From NCBI GenBank assembly GCA_035262745.1, contig DATFSE010000016.1, forward strand, positions 14,348 to 78,347: DNA of 64,000 nucleotides. The letters are read 5' to 3'. This DNA comes from Casimicrobiaceae bacterium. Lineage in GTDB: Bacteria; Pseudomonadota; Gammaproteobacteria; Burkholderiales; Casimicrobiaceae. Shown piece after piece: positions 18,510 to 29,862 of the stretch. The notes beneath the pieces were generated by a model that had not been told where the DNA came from, made no database searches, and saw only the letters and a list, made by a program, of their open reading frames with translations. The position numbers and the translations under genes are program-made. The number at the start of each line of letters is the position of its first letter. Positions within the stretch are counted from its first letter, which is position 1.

Positions 18510-20072
18510 TCACGACCGAACGCCGATTAGTTTCTCGCGCAACACGCGATGCTGGATCTTGCCGGTCGCCGTCCGCGGGATCTCGGCCTCCGCGAAGAAC
18601 GATACTCCGCGCGGGCGTTTGTATCCGGCCATCTTGTCGCGACACCAGTCGAGCACGTCCTTTTCGTTCGCGTGCTCCCCCTCGTGCAGGACGATCACTG
18701 CGTGGACTGATTCACCCCATTTCTCATGCGGCACACCGACGACCGCGACGTCCTTGACGCCGGGATAGCGGCCGAGGATGTTCTCGATCTCGCTCGGGTA
18801 AATGTTCTCGCCGCCGCTGATGATCATGTTGCTCTTGCGGTCGACCAGGTAGATGAAACCATGCTCGTCGCGGCGCGCCATGTCGCCGACGCTGCAATAG
18901 CCATCGCCGCGCAGCGACTCCGCCGTTTTAACTGGGTCGTTGAGATAACCGTCGAACGCGTACGGCGTGGCCGAAAAGAGCTCGCCAACCTCGCCGTCGG
19001 GCACTTCATTGCCCTGCGGGTCCAGTATCTTTACGGGCCCAGAGCCGGTCCACTCGCGTCCGACCGAGCCCAGATGATCGATCTGATCGTCCGGGCGCAG
19101 CAGCGTCACCCAACCCGCTTCGCTCGAGCCGTAAAGCTCGAAGAGCTGCGAGTTGGCGAAGTATTCGAGGATCGCGAGCTTGGTGTCCTTGCGCGCCGGC
19201 GCCGATGAGATCATCAGCTTGCGGATGCGGCTGACGTCGTAGCTCTTCTTGACCTTCTCGGGTAATGCAAGCGTTACGATGTAGTGCGTGGGCACGAGCG
19301 ACGTGAACGTGACATGCTGCGAGGCGATGGTCGCCAGGAGCGCCTCCGGATCGAAGCTCTTTCGGTCGTCGACGACTACGGTCGCGCCGAGATAGGTGAA
19401 CGTGCACGCGAAGTTTAGCGAGTTCGCGTGGCACATCGGCATCACGAGGAGTGCCGTATCATCGCGTGTAAGGCCCATGTCGAGCGCCGTCACCAGCGAC
19501 ATCACGGCGCTACCCTGGTGGTTGCGGATTGCACCCTTCGGCCGGCCGGTCGTGCCCGACGTATACATCAGCGCCCAGGTATCGGTCGGGCTCACCGCCA
19601 TGTGGGGCTCGGTGCCTGGCGCGCCGGCAATCAGTGCTTCGTAGTCGGTCCAGCCCGACGGCGGCGATCCGCCCATGTGGATCCACGCCTTGTCCGCGAT
19701 CGGCAGTGTGCCGCGCAATGCCTCGACCTGAGGCACGAGTTCGTCCTGAACGATGAAGGCTCGCGCCGCGCAATGCTCTAGGATGTACTTGATCTCGGGT
19801 GTGACCAGACGGAAGTTGATCGGCACCGCGACCAGGCCTGCCTTGGCGAGCGCAACGTAGAACTCCATCCACTCGACGCGGTTGTACGCGAGCACTGCGA
19901 CGCGGTCACCCTTCGCGAGTTCGAGCCCGAGCAACGCGTTCGCGAGCCGGCACGCGCGCGCGTTCCATTGCGCAAAAGTGAGCGAGCGACGCGAGTCACG
20001 CGCTCCGACTTTCTCCGGTAGCAGGCGCGCGTGCGCGGCGACGATCTCACCGAGATTAAGCATGCCTCTCAT
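18510..20072 (-). CDS. AMP-dependent acyl-CoA synthetase/ligase
   Basis: 520 aa. AMP motif '[14 protein letters not shown]', 'YGSSE', '[31 protein letters not shown]', C-terminal 'PRTATGKI'. Confidence 0.9.
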   Translation of the reverse strand: MRGMLNLGEIVAAHARLLPEKVGARDSRRSLTFAQWNARACRLANALLGLELAKGDRVAVLAYNRVEWMEFYVALAKAGLVAVPINFRLVTPEIKYILEHCAARAFIVQDELVPQVEALRGTLPIADKAWIHMGGSPPSGWTDYEALIAGAPGTEPHMAVSPTDTWALMYTSGTTGRPKGAIRNHQGSAVMSLVTALDMGLTRDDTALLVMPMCHANSLNFACTFTYLGATVVVDDRKSFDPEALLATIASQHVTFTSLVPTHYIVTLALPEKVKKSYDVSRIRKLMISSAPARKDTKLAILEYFANSQLFELYGSSEAGWVTLLRPDDQIDHLGSVGREWTGSGPVKILDPQGNEVPDGEVGELFSATPYAFDGYLNDPVKTAESLRGDGYCSVGDMARRDEHGFIYLVDRKSNMIISGGENIYPSEIENILGRYPGVKDVAVVGVPHEKWGESVHAVIVLHEGEHANEKDVLDWCRDKMAGYKRPRGVSFFAEAEIPRTATGKIQHRVLREKLIGVRS

Positions 20073-21784
20073 GCGCGGCGAGCTTTCTCCGCGTCGTCCC
20101 AGGCGGTCAGCGCCTGGTAGTCAGGAACCCAGCCCAGTCCCTTGCCCGCGTCGGAGGACAGTGCGTCCTGCGTGACCACGACGTCGAGGAGTGAGGGTGC
20201 CTTGGCGAACGCTTCTTCCAGCGCGGCTGCGAGGCGGGCGGGATCGGTGACGCGCTCCGCATGAAGTCCGAATGCGCGCGCCATGCCCGCGTAGTCGCTC
20301 CAAGCCAAGGTGGTGCCGGCGACACGTCCTCCGTAGTTCATCTGCTGATCCAGCCGCTCGATGTTCCACGCCGCGTTGTTGGCGATAATGAACACCACCT
20401 TCGCGCTGTGCCGCTTCGCGCTGTCGATCTCCATCGCGTTGATACCAAACGCTCCGTCGCCGCTGATCACCACCACCTGCCGTTCGGGATTCAACAGCGC
20501 TGCGGCCACACCGTACGGCGTGCCCACGCCCAAGCAGCCGAACGTACCCGCATCGAGATACGTGCTCGGCGCCTCGAGACCCAATCGTGCGAAGCTCAGA
20601 ATGTCTCCCCCGTCGGCGATGGTGATGGCGTCCGCTTTCAGCACCCGTCGCAGAGCGCCGAATATGCGATTGGGGTGCATGTGGCCGTCGTTGCCCGGAG
20701 GCGCGCTGGCGAGGCCATCGGCGTACTTCGACGAACGACGTAGATGCTCGTCGCGCAGCCCCTTCGTCCACCCGGTGTCGACGGCACCGCCTTTCGCCAA
20801 CGCGCCGGCCAGCGCCGCGAGCGCAAGGCCTGGATGCGCAAAAAGCTCGACAACGCCCCGCCGGTTCTCGCGCAACTCCTCGGCATTGTCCGCGATGCGA
20901 AGCCAGCGCGCACTCGGGAAAACCGCTGGCGAGCCATACCCCGTCTGGTAGTCGAGCTTGCGACCAATCGTAATTACCAGGTCGGCTTCCTTCATCGCGC
21001 GGGCACGAACCGCGCCCACGAACGACGCGTGCGAGCTGGGAACGAGACCGCGACTCTCCTGCGTGTCCAGGTAAAGCGCGCCGGTGCCATCGAGAAAGCG
21101 CACGAGCTCCGAGGCGCAGTTCAGCGCCCCACGCCCCGAGATCACCAGCGGCCGCCTCGCGGCAGCGATCACGGTAGCCGCGCCACCGATTTCCGCCGGG
21201 TCGGGCGGTATGCGGCGCGGCGCCTTCGGAGTCAGGTATTCCTCAAGGACCACCCCTGCGGGAACGGTTTCGCGCAGCACATCGGTTGGAATCTCGATGT
21301 AAACCGGTCCCGGCGGGTTACCGTCGCCCATTGCGATCGACCATGCCTTGTCGAGATCGCGCAGCAGGTTGTCGGCGGTGCGCAGCGTGCGCGCGGAGCG
21401 TGTCACTGGCTTCATAATTGACACATGATCGATGCCTTGGAGAGGACCGAGATCGTCCTGTGGCACCGGCGCGCAGCCTCCGATCAGTATCACCGGCACG
21501 CGTTCGAGTTGTGCGTTGGCGATCGCAGTCACACAATTGGTGACGCCCGGCCCCGCAGTCGCGAACGCGATGCCGACCTGGCCGGTCAGCACGGCGTGGC
21601 AGTGCGCCATGTGCACTCCGGCGCCTTCGTCGCGAACATCAAAGATGCGGACGTTGCGCTGAACCAGGTGATCCCAGATTGGCTGGATGTGGCCACCCTG
21701 CAACCCATAAACGCGATCAACGCCCCGCGCAACTATGAATTCGGTGATCCACTCGGCGACCGTACGAGCGGTATTTGCACTCAT
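20069..21784 (-). CDS. Thiamine-diphosphate-dependent enzyme (acetolactate synthase / oxalyl-CoA decarboxylase / 2-hydroxyacyl-CoA lyase superfamily)
   Basis: Trimmed to ATG 21784 ('[13 protein letters not shown]'). '[17 protein letters not shown]' and ThDP motif '[20 protein letters not shown] ... IIANNAAWN'. Its stop overlaps the ligase start (ATGA, 20069-20072). Confidence 0.88.
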   Translation of the reverse strand: MSANTARTVAEWITEFIVARGVDRVYGLQGGHIQPIWDHLVQRNVRIFDVRDEGAGVHMAHCHAVLTGQVGIAFATAGPGVTNCVTAIANAQLERVPVILIGGCAPVPQDDLGPLQGIDHVSIMKPVTRSARTLRTADNLLRDLDKAWSIAMGDGNPPGPVYIEIPTDVLRETVPAGVVLEEYLTPKAPRRIPPDPAEIGGAATVIAAARRPLVISGRGALNCASELVRFLDGTGALYLDTQESRGLVPSSHASFVGAVRARAMKEADLVITIGRKLDYQTGYGSPAVFPSARWLRIADNAEELRENRRGVVELFAHPGLALAALAGALAKGGAVDTGWTKGLRDEHLRRSSKYADGLASAPPGNDGHMHPNRIFGALRRVLKADAITIADGGDILSFARLGLEAPSTYLDAGTFGCLGVGTPYGVAAALLNPERQVVVISGDGAFGINAMEIDSAKRHSAKVVFIIANNAAWNIERLDQQMNYGGRVAGTTLAWSDYAGMARAFGLHAERVTDPARLAAALEEAFAKAPSLLDVVVTQDALSSDAGKGLGWVPDYQALTAWDDAEKARRA

Positions 21785-21943
21785 CTGAACACCTCGACCA
21801 GGGAAGAGACCGGTGGTGGCCGAGTACCGAGCGGACCCCGGCGTCAAGGCCACTGATACGATACCATCAATACTCCCGACCGATGGCGGAAGCGTTTGTG
21901 CTTACCCAATCATTCGCAGCACCTTAATTGTTAAGGTCTACTT

Positions 21944-22252
21944 ATGATCCTTGAAATCGCCCAAATCGACATCAAGCCCGGCATGGAAGCGGAATTCGAA
22001 GCCAACGTCGCCCGCGCGGCCGAGATATTCATGCGAGCCAAAGGTTGCCGAGCCATGGAGCTGCAGCGTTCGATCGAGAGGCCGGGCCGCTATCGTCTCA
22101 TGATCAAATGGGAGACGCTCGAGAACCACACCGTCGATTTCCGGCAGTCGGAGGACTTCAAGGCGTGGCGCGGGCTGGTCGGGCACTGCTTCGAGAGCAC
22201 GCCGGATGTCGAGCACACGCAGCTTTGCGTGAAGGGCTTCGGACCGGGCTAG
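21944..22252 (+). CDS. Antibiotic-biosynthesis-monooxygenase (ABM) domain protein
   Basis: 102 aa. 'ILEIAQIDIKPGMEAEFEANV ... YRLMIKWETLENHTVDFRQSEDFKAWR' has ABM/Dabb topology. Confidence 0.75.
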   Translation: MILEIAQIDIKPGMEAEFEANVARAAEIFMRAKGCRAMELQRSIERPGRYRLMIKWETLENHTVDFRQSEDFKAWRGLVGHCFESTPDVEHTQLCVKGFGPG

Positions 22253-22267
22253 GCGAAGAGCCGATTG

Positions 22268-23392
22268 TTATTTGAGCTTGCCGCGGGCAGCGACCGGCCA
22301 TACGACCTCGACGCGTCCATCGCGGATGCCGACCAGCTCTTCGTGCAGGTGTACCGTCGTGTCGGAATAGCCGACGACGAACTCCAGTCGATCTCCAACC
22401 TTGGGCGTCGCGCTCGGGCGCTCAAGCTCGATGGTTGCGTGCTCGGCCGACAGGCGAATCTCTTTCACAGGCGCCAGCCCGATCGGCTCCGGCATCGCCG
22501 CATCGCCGCTCATGGTTTTTTTTCCCGCATCGACCACGATCCGCGTCGGCGTGGAACGACTGGTGACCGTGGAGAGAATCGTAAGCGCGAATGCGAAGTC
22601 GACGTGATAGTGCGTCCTGTAGTGCATGTCGCTGAATATCGCTCCGCCGACCTGGACCTCGGTCACGCCGGGCTGGAGCGTGCAATGGGGAAAAGTTCCC
22701 GTGCCTCCGCAGCTCACCAGCTCGACGGGGTAGCCCGCCTTCCTGCACGCGTCGGCACTCGCAGTAAGCAGGCCGATCGCTTCCACGATGGTGCGTTCCT
22801 TTTCGACCGGATCTTTCATGCGCGTGGCGTGGCTCTCCCAGCCGACGACGCCTTGAAAAACCAGGCCGTCGCGACGCGCGATCTCGCCCGCGAGCGCAAC
22901 CACCGGCGCGCCAGGGAGAACGCCTGCACGCCGCATGCCGATGTCGACTTCGATCGCTACCTTGAGACGTTTGCCGCGATCGCGCGCTTCGCGTGCCAGC
23001 GCGTCGATGTTTTCGACGCTGTCGACGGCGCAGATCGGGTCGGCCGTACCGACAAGCTCGATCAGCCGCTGCACCTTCGTCTCCCCGATGATCTGGTTGG
23101 CGATGAGAATATTACGAATTCCCGCGCGCGCCATCACTTCGGCCTCGCCCAATTTCGCGCAGGTAATGCCGATTGCGCCCGCGGCGAGCTGCATATGTGC
23201 GATTTCCGGCGTCTTATGCGCCTTGGTGTGCGGACGCCAGCTCACGCCGTTCTCGCGGCAAGTCCTGGCGATGTAGGCGATGTTCGACGCCATCACGTCG
23301 AGGTCGACCAAGAGTGCCGGCGTGTCGAGCGCCAGCTTGGGTTGTCCGATCAACCGGCTCGAGCGTGATGTTCTCGTGTCAATGGTCGCCAT
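22268..23392 (-). CDS. DSD1-type (alanine-racemase-fold) PLP enzyme: D-threonine aldolase / D-serine or D-3-hydroxy-amino-acid dehydratase family
   Basis: 374 aa. 'DTPALLVDLDVM..N' and PLP-lysine region 'WRPHTKAHKTPEIA'. Metal and C-terminal beta-domain 'HATIEL..P...VGDRLEFVVGYSDTTV'. Confidence 0.85.
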   Translation of the reverse strand: MATIDTRTSRSSRLIGQPKLALDTPALLVDLDVMASNIAYIARTCRENGVSWRPHTKAHKTPEIAHMQLAAGAIGITCAKLGEAEVMARAGIRNILIANQIIGETKVQRLIELVGTADPICAVDSVENIDALAREARDRGKRLKVAIEVDIGMRRAGVLPGAPVVALAGEIARRDGLVFQGVVGWESHATRMKDPVEKERTIVEAIGLLTASADACRKAGYPVELVSCGGTGTFPHCTLQPGVTEVQVGGAIFSDMHYRTHYHVDFAFALTILSTVTSRSTPTRIVVDAGKKTMSGDAAMPEPIGLAPVKEIRLSAEHATIELERPSATPKVGDRLEFVVGYSDTTVHLHEELVGIRDGRVEVVWPVAARGKLK

Positions 23393-24419
23393 GATGCTTC
23401 AGCTCCGCGGCAGCGCCGGCTGCAGTATAGGCATCCTCGACCAGACGCAGCGTGGCGAGATTGTCGGCCGGGCCGGTTTCGAAAGGCGCCCCGCTGTCGA
23501 GGCAATCGACAAAATGGGCGATCACCCCGTCGAAGCTCGACTGATACCCGGCAGCGGGGTCGTACTTCCGGCTTCGTGTGGTCGCGCCAACCAGCCGCAG
23601 CTCGAAATCGGCAAAGATCGCGCTTGCCATGGTGCCGACGATCTCCATGCGGTCCGGCGGACGCGCCGGATACCCGGGCGCCGCCATGGTGCCGATCACC
23701 TCGACCGGTGCGCCCGATGCCGTTTCCAGGAAAATGCCTGCGAGCGTCTCTCCTTCGACGTCGGCAAGCGTATGCGTCGTGCGCGCGGCCACGACGCGAA
23801 GCTCGCCGCACAGGTAACGCATGACATCGAGATGGTGGATGAGCACTTCCGCGATCATGAGCCGCTCTTCATGCTGCATGAACGGCTGGCGCTCGAACGA
23901 AGGCCGGCGACCGCTCTCATCCGGCAGCATCCCAGAACTCATAAGCGCCATGCGCCCAAGCAGCACTTCTCCCAGGTCCCCGGCGTCGATCCAGCGCTTG
24001 AGCTCTCGAAACCACGGACGAAATCGCCAGTTCTCATGCACCATCAAGCGCGATTTGCCTTCGACCCGAAGGACCAGCCCCTCGGACTCTGTCAGCGTCG
24101 GCGTCATCGGCTTCTGGCACAGCACATCGATTCCACGTGCTGCCGCCGCCTCGACCCACGTTGCATGCGTCCGACGCGGAGAAGCCACATCGAGCGCGTC
24201 GAAGGATTCGGCAGAAAACATCGCCTCCGCATCGCTATAAACCCCTGGAATGGAGAACTCGCGAGCGCGCTCCGCCGCCTTGGCACGATCGGGGTCGCAA
24301 ACCGCGACCAGTTGCACGCGGTCGCCCAGATTTCGCCAGGCTGTGAGGTGGTACCAGCTGATCATCCCGGCGCCGGCGAGCACGACCCGCAATGGTCTGG
24401 CTCTCGACTTCGGCGCCAT
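23379..24419 (-). CDS. Gfo/Idh/MocA family NAD(P)-dependent oxidoreductase
   Basis: 346 aa. Rossmann 'LRVVLAGAGMISWYHL' and 'VLCQKPM'. Confidence 0.85.
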   Translation of the reverse strand: MAPKSRARPLRVVLAGAGMISWYHLTAWRNLGDRVQLVAVCDPDRAKAAERAREFSIPGVYSDAEAMFSAESFDALDVASPRRTHATWVEAAAARGIDVLCQKPMTPTLTESEGLVLRVEGKSRLMVHENWRFRPWFRELKRWIDAGDLGEVLLGRMALMSSGMLPDESGRRPSFERQPFMQHEERLMIAEVLIHHLDVMRYLCGELRVVAARTTHTLADVEGETLAGIFLETASGAPVEVIGTMAAPGYPARPPDRMEIVGTMASAIFADFELRLVGATTRSRKYDPAAGYQSSFDGVIAHFVDCLDSGAPFETGPADNLATLRLVEDAYTAAGAAAELKHHGDH

Positions 24420-24423
24420 CGCT

Positions 24424-25272
24424 CTAAGCCCCGAATCCGAACAGGCGCTGCGGATTGCGCGCGAGCACGCGCTGGCGGTCGGCGTGATCGGGAAACCAGC
24501 GCTCGAGCGGCGTCATGAGGGCGCTGTACTCGGGATGCCGAGGTACGTTGATACACGGCCAGTCCGAGCCCCAGACGCAGTTATCGACGCCGAATGCGCG
24601 CAGCAATTCGTCGACGAAGGGATCCAGGTCGTCGAAGCCCTCGAGCATGCGTGAGACGCGGAACAGCGAGGAAAGCTTGATAATCGCATTGCCCTCTCGG
24701 CCCAGCGCGAGGACCGTCTGGAATCCTTTTTGACGCGTGCCGCCGGTGATGTCAACTACTCCCAGGTGATCGACCAGCACCCGAACGCCGCTCGCTCTCA
24801 ATACCGCCGCGGTATCCGGCCACTGCGCATCGCCGGCATAGATCTGCGCGAACCATTGCATTCTCTTGAGGCGCTGCAGCAGTCGCGGTGCGTCGGGGCG
24901 AGATAGCATATCGGCAGCATAGGACACGAGGTTGAAGCGCACGCCGACAGCGCCGCCCGCCGCCAGATCCTCGAATTGCTTGTCGCTCGCTCCCGAATCG
25001 ATCTGGATGATCGCCTTGAACCGTCCGGGATGCGCCTTGACGGTGGCCAGATTGGCTTCGTTGTCCGTGCCGTAGCCACTTAACTGGATGAGCACGCCGC
25101 AGCTGATTCCGTGGCGATCGAGAACGGCGCAATACTCCTCGCTGGTCCCCCGTTCGTCGCTGCGCGGCTTGTAGCCCGGTCCGATCGGAAAAGGGAATCG
25201 CTCCGGGTCGATGATGTGAGCGTGGCAATCGACGAGGCGGTCTGCGTTGTTCACGATTTTGCCTTCGAGCAT
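24424..25272 (-). CDS. Amidohydrolase_2 family hydrolase (sugar-lactonase / LigI-like)
   Basis: Trimmed to ATG 25272 ('MLEGKIVNNADRLVDCHAHIIDPERFPF'). 'VDCHAH', 'LVDHLG' and 'WGSDWP' motifs. Confidence 0.8.
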   Translation of the reverse strand: MLEGKIVNNADRLVDCHAHIIDPERFPFPIGPGYKPRSDERGTSEEYCAVLDRHGISCGVLIQLSGYGTDNEANLATVKAHPGRFKAIIQIDSGASDKQFEDLAAGGAVGVRFNLVSYAADMLSRPDAPRLLQRLKRMQWFAQIYAGDAQWPDTAAVLRASGVRVLVDHLGVVDITGGTRQKGFQTVLALGREGNAIIKLSSLFRVSRMLEGFDDLDPFVDELLRAFGVDNCVWGSDWPCINVPRHPEYSALMTPLERWFPDHADRQRVLARNPQRLFGFGA

Positions 25273-25279
25273 TGACGGC

Positions 25280-26389
<1,110 letters not shown>

Positions 26390-26425
26390 GTGTGGATGCG
26401 GTCGGGTATCGAGCTTTGCGTGTCC

Positions 26426-27280
26426 TTAGCGTACTGCCCCGGCTGTCATGCCCTTGATCATCGTCTCGGAAAACAAAGCGTAGATGGCGATGATCGGAAC
26501 GATGGCGATCATCAGCCCGGTGGCGGCCATCCCGACGTCGAGCTGATGGCTGCCGGTAAAGTGCATGATCCCCAACGGCAGCGTTCGCTTGTCGTCGTCG
26601 GTGAGCAGCACCACAGCGAACAGGAACTCGTTCCACAACACGATGAAATTGAGGGTCACCGCGGTAAAGATCGCCGGCGCTCCGATCGGCATGGTTACTC
26701 GCCAGAAAATCTCAAAGTCCGAATAGCCGTCCATGCGCGCCGCATCGAACAGATCCTGGGGAATCTGGGCGAAGAATCCTTCCAAGATGTAGACGGTGAC
26801 GGCGACGTGTGTAGCAACGTAGACGAGAATGAGCCCGCTCAAGGTGTTGTAGAGGTTGATTTCCAGCAGAATCTGGAACAGCGCCAGGATCAGGAGCTGG
26901 GGCGGCAGGATGAGCCCGGAGAGGATCAGGAACCGCACCACCCTGTTGCCGCGGAAGTTGTAGCGCGCGAGGCAGTGCGCAGCCATAGCGCCTATGACGG
27001 TGACCAGCACCACAGCGACCACCACGACGATCGCGCTGTTCCAGAAATAACTGTGGTAGTTCGACTTGGTCCACGCCTCGGCAAACTTCTCCCAATGCGC
27101 AGGAGACGGCCAGCCGTAGGGATTCTTGAAGATCTCGGTGGTCGTGCGCAACGACATCGCCGCGACCCAGAGCAGCGGGCCTCCGGTCACCAGGGTATAG
27201 ACCAGGACGAACAGCAGGAGCGGGATGCGGCGCAGCTTCTGCAAGGCGGACTTGTTCTCCCACATGGTCCCACCTGCCAT
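26426..27280 (-). CDS. Carbohydrate ABC transporter permease (MalG-like)
   Basis: 284 aa with 6 TM. EAA loop 'DAARMDGYSDFEIFWRVTMPIGAPAI'. Confidence 0.88.
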   Translation of the reverse strand: MAGGTMWENKSALQKLRRIPLLLFVLVYTLVTGGPLLWVAAMSLRTTTEIFKNPYGWPSPAHWEKFAEAWTKSNYHSYFWNSAIVVVVAVVLVTVIGAMAAHCLARYNFRGNRVVRFLILSGLILPPQLLILALFQILLEINLYNTLSGLILVYVATHVAVTVYILEGFFAQIPQDLFDAARMDGYSDFEIFWRVTMPIGAPAIFTAVTLNFIVLWNEFLFAVVLLTDDDKRTLPLGIMHFTGSHQLDVGMAATGLMIAIVPIIAIYALFSETMIKGMTAGAVR

Positions 27281-27281
27281 G

Positions 27282-28223
27282 CTAGAACTCGATACGCTCG
27301 CGACGCCGCGCGAGCCGGGTGATGACCAGGACGAAGGCGAGAATGATGACGAACCAAAGCACGGCGATAGCCGATGGATACCCCAGATCGAAGGTGTTCC
27401 ACTCGAAGGCGCGCTTGTAAACGTACGTCGACACGGTTTCCGTCGACCACAGCGGGCCGCCGCCGGTCATCACCCAGATCAGGTCGAACACCATCATCTT
27501 GCCGATGAACGACAGCACGAGCAGGTTAGCAATGGTCACGCGCAGCATCGGCACGATGATGTAGACGAGCTTGGCGAACCAGCCGCAGTTGTCGAGCTCC
27601 GCCGCGCCCAGCACTTCGGCTGGCAGGGCATGAAGGGCCGCCAGGAAGATGATCATGTTGAATCCGAGCCATTTCCATTCGTGGGCCACAAGGACCGACC
27701 ACAGCGCGGTCGAAGGTTGTCCAAGCCACGATTGCTCCAGCGCGCCCAAACCCAGCCAGCGCAGCGTGCTGTTGGCGAGCCCCCAGTCGTAGTCGAAGAT
27801 CCACACCCAGAGGATTCCCACGACGACATAGGACATCAGCACCGGAGTAAACCACACGACGCGCAGCAATGGCGCCAGAGGAGCCCGCGCGAACAGACAT
27901 AACGCCAGCAGCAGTCCGCCCACAACGTCGACGATGGTGGCAACGATCGTGAACAGGGTGGTGTTGGTCACCGCCTTCCAGAACACGCTGTCGGCGAAAA
28001 GCAGCGCGGTGAAGTTGCCGAAGCCGACGAACTCGACAACGGCCTGCGGCTTGATCGCGTGGAATGCGTTGTAGAAGGTGCGCAGCACCGGATAGATGGT
28101 GAACCCGGCGTAGACAAGCAACGCCGGCGCCAAGAAAGCCGCGAGAATCGCTAACCCGGCTCGCCTGGCGTCGATGTCCGACCGTGCAGCGATGCGCGAC
28201 TCTCCGGCTAACCTTTGTAGCAC
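27282..28223 (-). CDS. Carbohydrate ABC transporter permease (MalF-like)
   Basis: 313 aa with 6 TM. EAA loop 'GAAELDNCGWFAKLVYIIVPMLRVTI'. Confidence 0.88.
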   Translation of the reverse strand: MLQRLAGESRIAARSDIDARRAGLAILAAFLAPALLVYAGFTIYPVLRTFYNAFHAIKPQAVVEFVGFGNFTALLFADSVFWKAVTNTTLFTIVATIVDVVGGLLLALCLFARAPLAPLLRVVWFTPVLMSYVVVGILWVWIFDYDWGLANSTLRWLGLGALEQSWLGQPSTALWSVLVAHEWKWLGFNMIIFLAALHALPAEVLGAAELDNCGWFAKLVYIIVPMLRVTIANLLVLSFIGKMMVFDLIWVMTGGGPLWSTETVSTYVYKRAFEWNTFDLGYPSAIAVLWFVIILAFVLVITRLARRRERIEF

Positions 28224-29506
28224 GCCTTGTTCATCGCCTGGACAGTCTGGTCGACCGTCAGCAGTCCCCCAGGAAATCCGGAATTGAGCACCTGTGCGAA
28301 CGCGTCCTTACATTCGCCTGTCACCATGTCGCGCGGCTGGCCGATGAAGTACTTCGAGCCCTTCTGCCGATCCATCAACTCGATGAAATACGCGGCGTGG
28401 GGACCCGAGAAGTTTTTCACATCGGCCTTGATTCCGGTCTGGAGGTAAACCGTCTCGATCCACATCTTGCCCATGTCCGGCGTCGACATGGTGTCGAGGA
28501 ATTCGGCAGCAAGCTGCTTCTGCTTGCTCGCCGCGTTGATGGCAAAGCTCGCGCCGACGGTCGAGGTCTTGCATTCGTTGCAGGCACCACCGTCCATCGC
28601 CGGAAACTGCATGATGCCGAGCGGGAAATTCACTGGCTGCCCGCCCTTGTCTTCAGGCACGAAGGCACGACCAGTATAGAAGCTTCCCATCGGCAGCATC
28701 AACGCACCGGGTTTGCTGTAGAAATAGTAGTGCGACTCGCCGAGCTTGAGGGTCATGAAGTTCTTGGGATAAGCACCGGCGTCGACCAGCTCCTTGACCC
28801 ATTTCAATACCTCGACCACGCGCGGATCGGCGAAGGAGAGCTTGCCAGTGAACAGCTTTTGATAGTCGTCAGGTCCGAGCTTGCGCAGCAGCGCCTCGAC
28901 GGTGATGTACGCACCAGGGTATGGACGGTCGCCCACGCCCTGCGCAACGGGCGTCATGCCTGCTGCGCGAGCTTTTTTCACCAGATCGAGAAATTGCGAC
29001 TGAGTGAGCTGTCCGCTCGCAGGTAGCGTGACGCCGAGCTGCTTCAGCATGTCCTTGTTGTAGTACAGCTCGACGGTATAGGCCTCCTGCGGGATCCCCC
29101 AGGTCTTGCCGTTGTGCGTCCACACCTTGCGCGCCCAAGGCTCGATGTTGTTCCAGTTGACCAAGTCATCCAACGGAACGATGTATCCGGCCGTGATGTA
29201 CTCGGTCTGATCGGGCTCGAGATAAAAAACGTCAGGCCCCTTGCCCGCCGGCAGCGCGGTCTTGAGCGCGGCGAACAAAGGATTCTTTTCGTACCACGTG
29301 ATCTTGACCTTGGTCCCCGGATGCTTCTTTTCCAGTGTCCTCGCGGCAAGCTCACGAAATGCGACCTTGGCCGGCTCGTCGGCCTCGTGACTCCATACTT
29401 CCAGCGTGACTTCCTGCGCCATCGCCTTTGAAGCCGCGACGAGCATCAACGCAAAGGCAACGAAGCCGACGGCTACTGCGGACCGTATCGCCAAACGTGC
29501 ATCCAT
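28208..29506 (-). CDS. Extracellular solute-binding protein (family 1, sugar type)
   Basis: Trimmed to ATG 29506, giving signal peptide 'MDARLAIRSAVAVGFVAFALMLVAASKAMA'. Family-1 SBP features 'PDVFYLEPDQ' and 'WGIPQEAY'. Confidence 0.88.
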   Translation of the reverse strand: MDARLAIRSAVAVGFVAFALMLVAASKAMAQEVTLEVWSHEADEPAKVAFRELAARTLEKKHPGTKVKITWYEKNPLFAALKTALPAGKGPDVFYLEPDQTEYITAGYIVPLDDLVNWNNIEPWARKVWTHNGKTWGIPQEAYTVELYYNKDMLKQLGVTLPASGQLTQSQFLDLVKKARAAGMTPVAQGVGDRPYPGAYITVEALLRKLGPDDYQKLFTGKLSFADPRVVEVLKWVKELVDAGAYPKNFMTLKLGESHYYFYSKPGALMLPMGSFYTGRAFVPEDKGGQPVNFPLGIMQFPAMDGGACNECKTSTVGASFAINAASKQKQLAAEFLDTMSTPDMGKMWIETVYLQTGIKADVKNFSGPHAAYFIELMDRQKGSKYFIGQPRDMVTGECKDAFAQVLNSGFPGGLLTVDQTVQAMNKACYKG

Positions 29507-29531
29507 GTGGGTTCCTCCTATTGTTCGCGTT

Positions 29532-29588
29532 CGACATCGCTGTCGCATTGTTATGCCCTCAACAACGACATCGCTGTCGCCTTGTTAT
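29532..29588. repeat. Two 23-bp direct repeats upstream of the sugar ABC operon (candidate operator)
   Basis: CGACATCGCTGTCGC(A/C)TTGTTAT at 29532-29554 and 29566-29588, matching at 22/23 positions with a 34-bp period. They start 26 nt upstream of the SBP start codon at 29506. Confidence 0.6.
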
Positions 29589-29770
29589 TCGTCCTCGGCG
29601 ACTCCCGTTCGCAGGATAGTACAAAGCCCGGTTCAGACGTGCTACCGCAGCCGGAGCCTCAGGCAAATAGCTTCTTAAAGGTGTTGAGCGCGACCGTCGC
29701 TTGCCCGGATGCCGCGTCGTTAGTCGGGCATGCCGTCGAGCCCGAAGGGGGTTGCCTTATGACTGATCCT

Positions 29771-29792
29771 GTGTTATAGTTAACCATAACAC
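29771..29792. promoter_or_regulatory. 22-bp near-perfect palindrome upstream of the GntR/YtrA gene (candidate auto-operator)
   Basis: GTGTTATAGTTAACCATAACAC is self-complementary at 20 of 22 positions. It lies about 70 nt upstream of the GntR start. Confidence 0.5.
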
Positions 29793-29862
29793 CAGTTCAC
29801 CGATTGGCACTTCAAGCCAAAAACAGCAGTAAGCGCATGAATGCACATCATTTTCGGAAATA

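Noticed and set aside
29532-29588. Whether the two 23-bp direct repeats are a degenerate mini-CRISPR array.
   Set aside because: There are only two copies, separated by an 11-nt spacer. There are no cas genes, and the location is a promoter/5' leader. They are better explained as a regulatory element.
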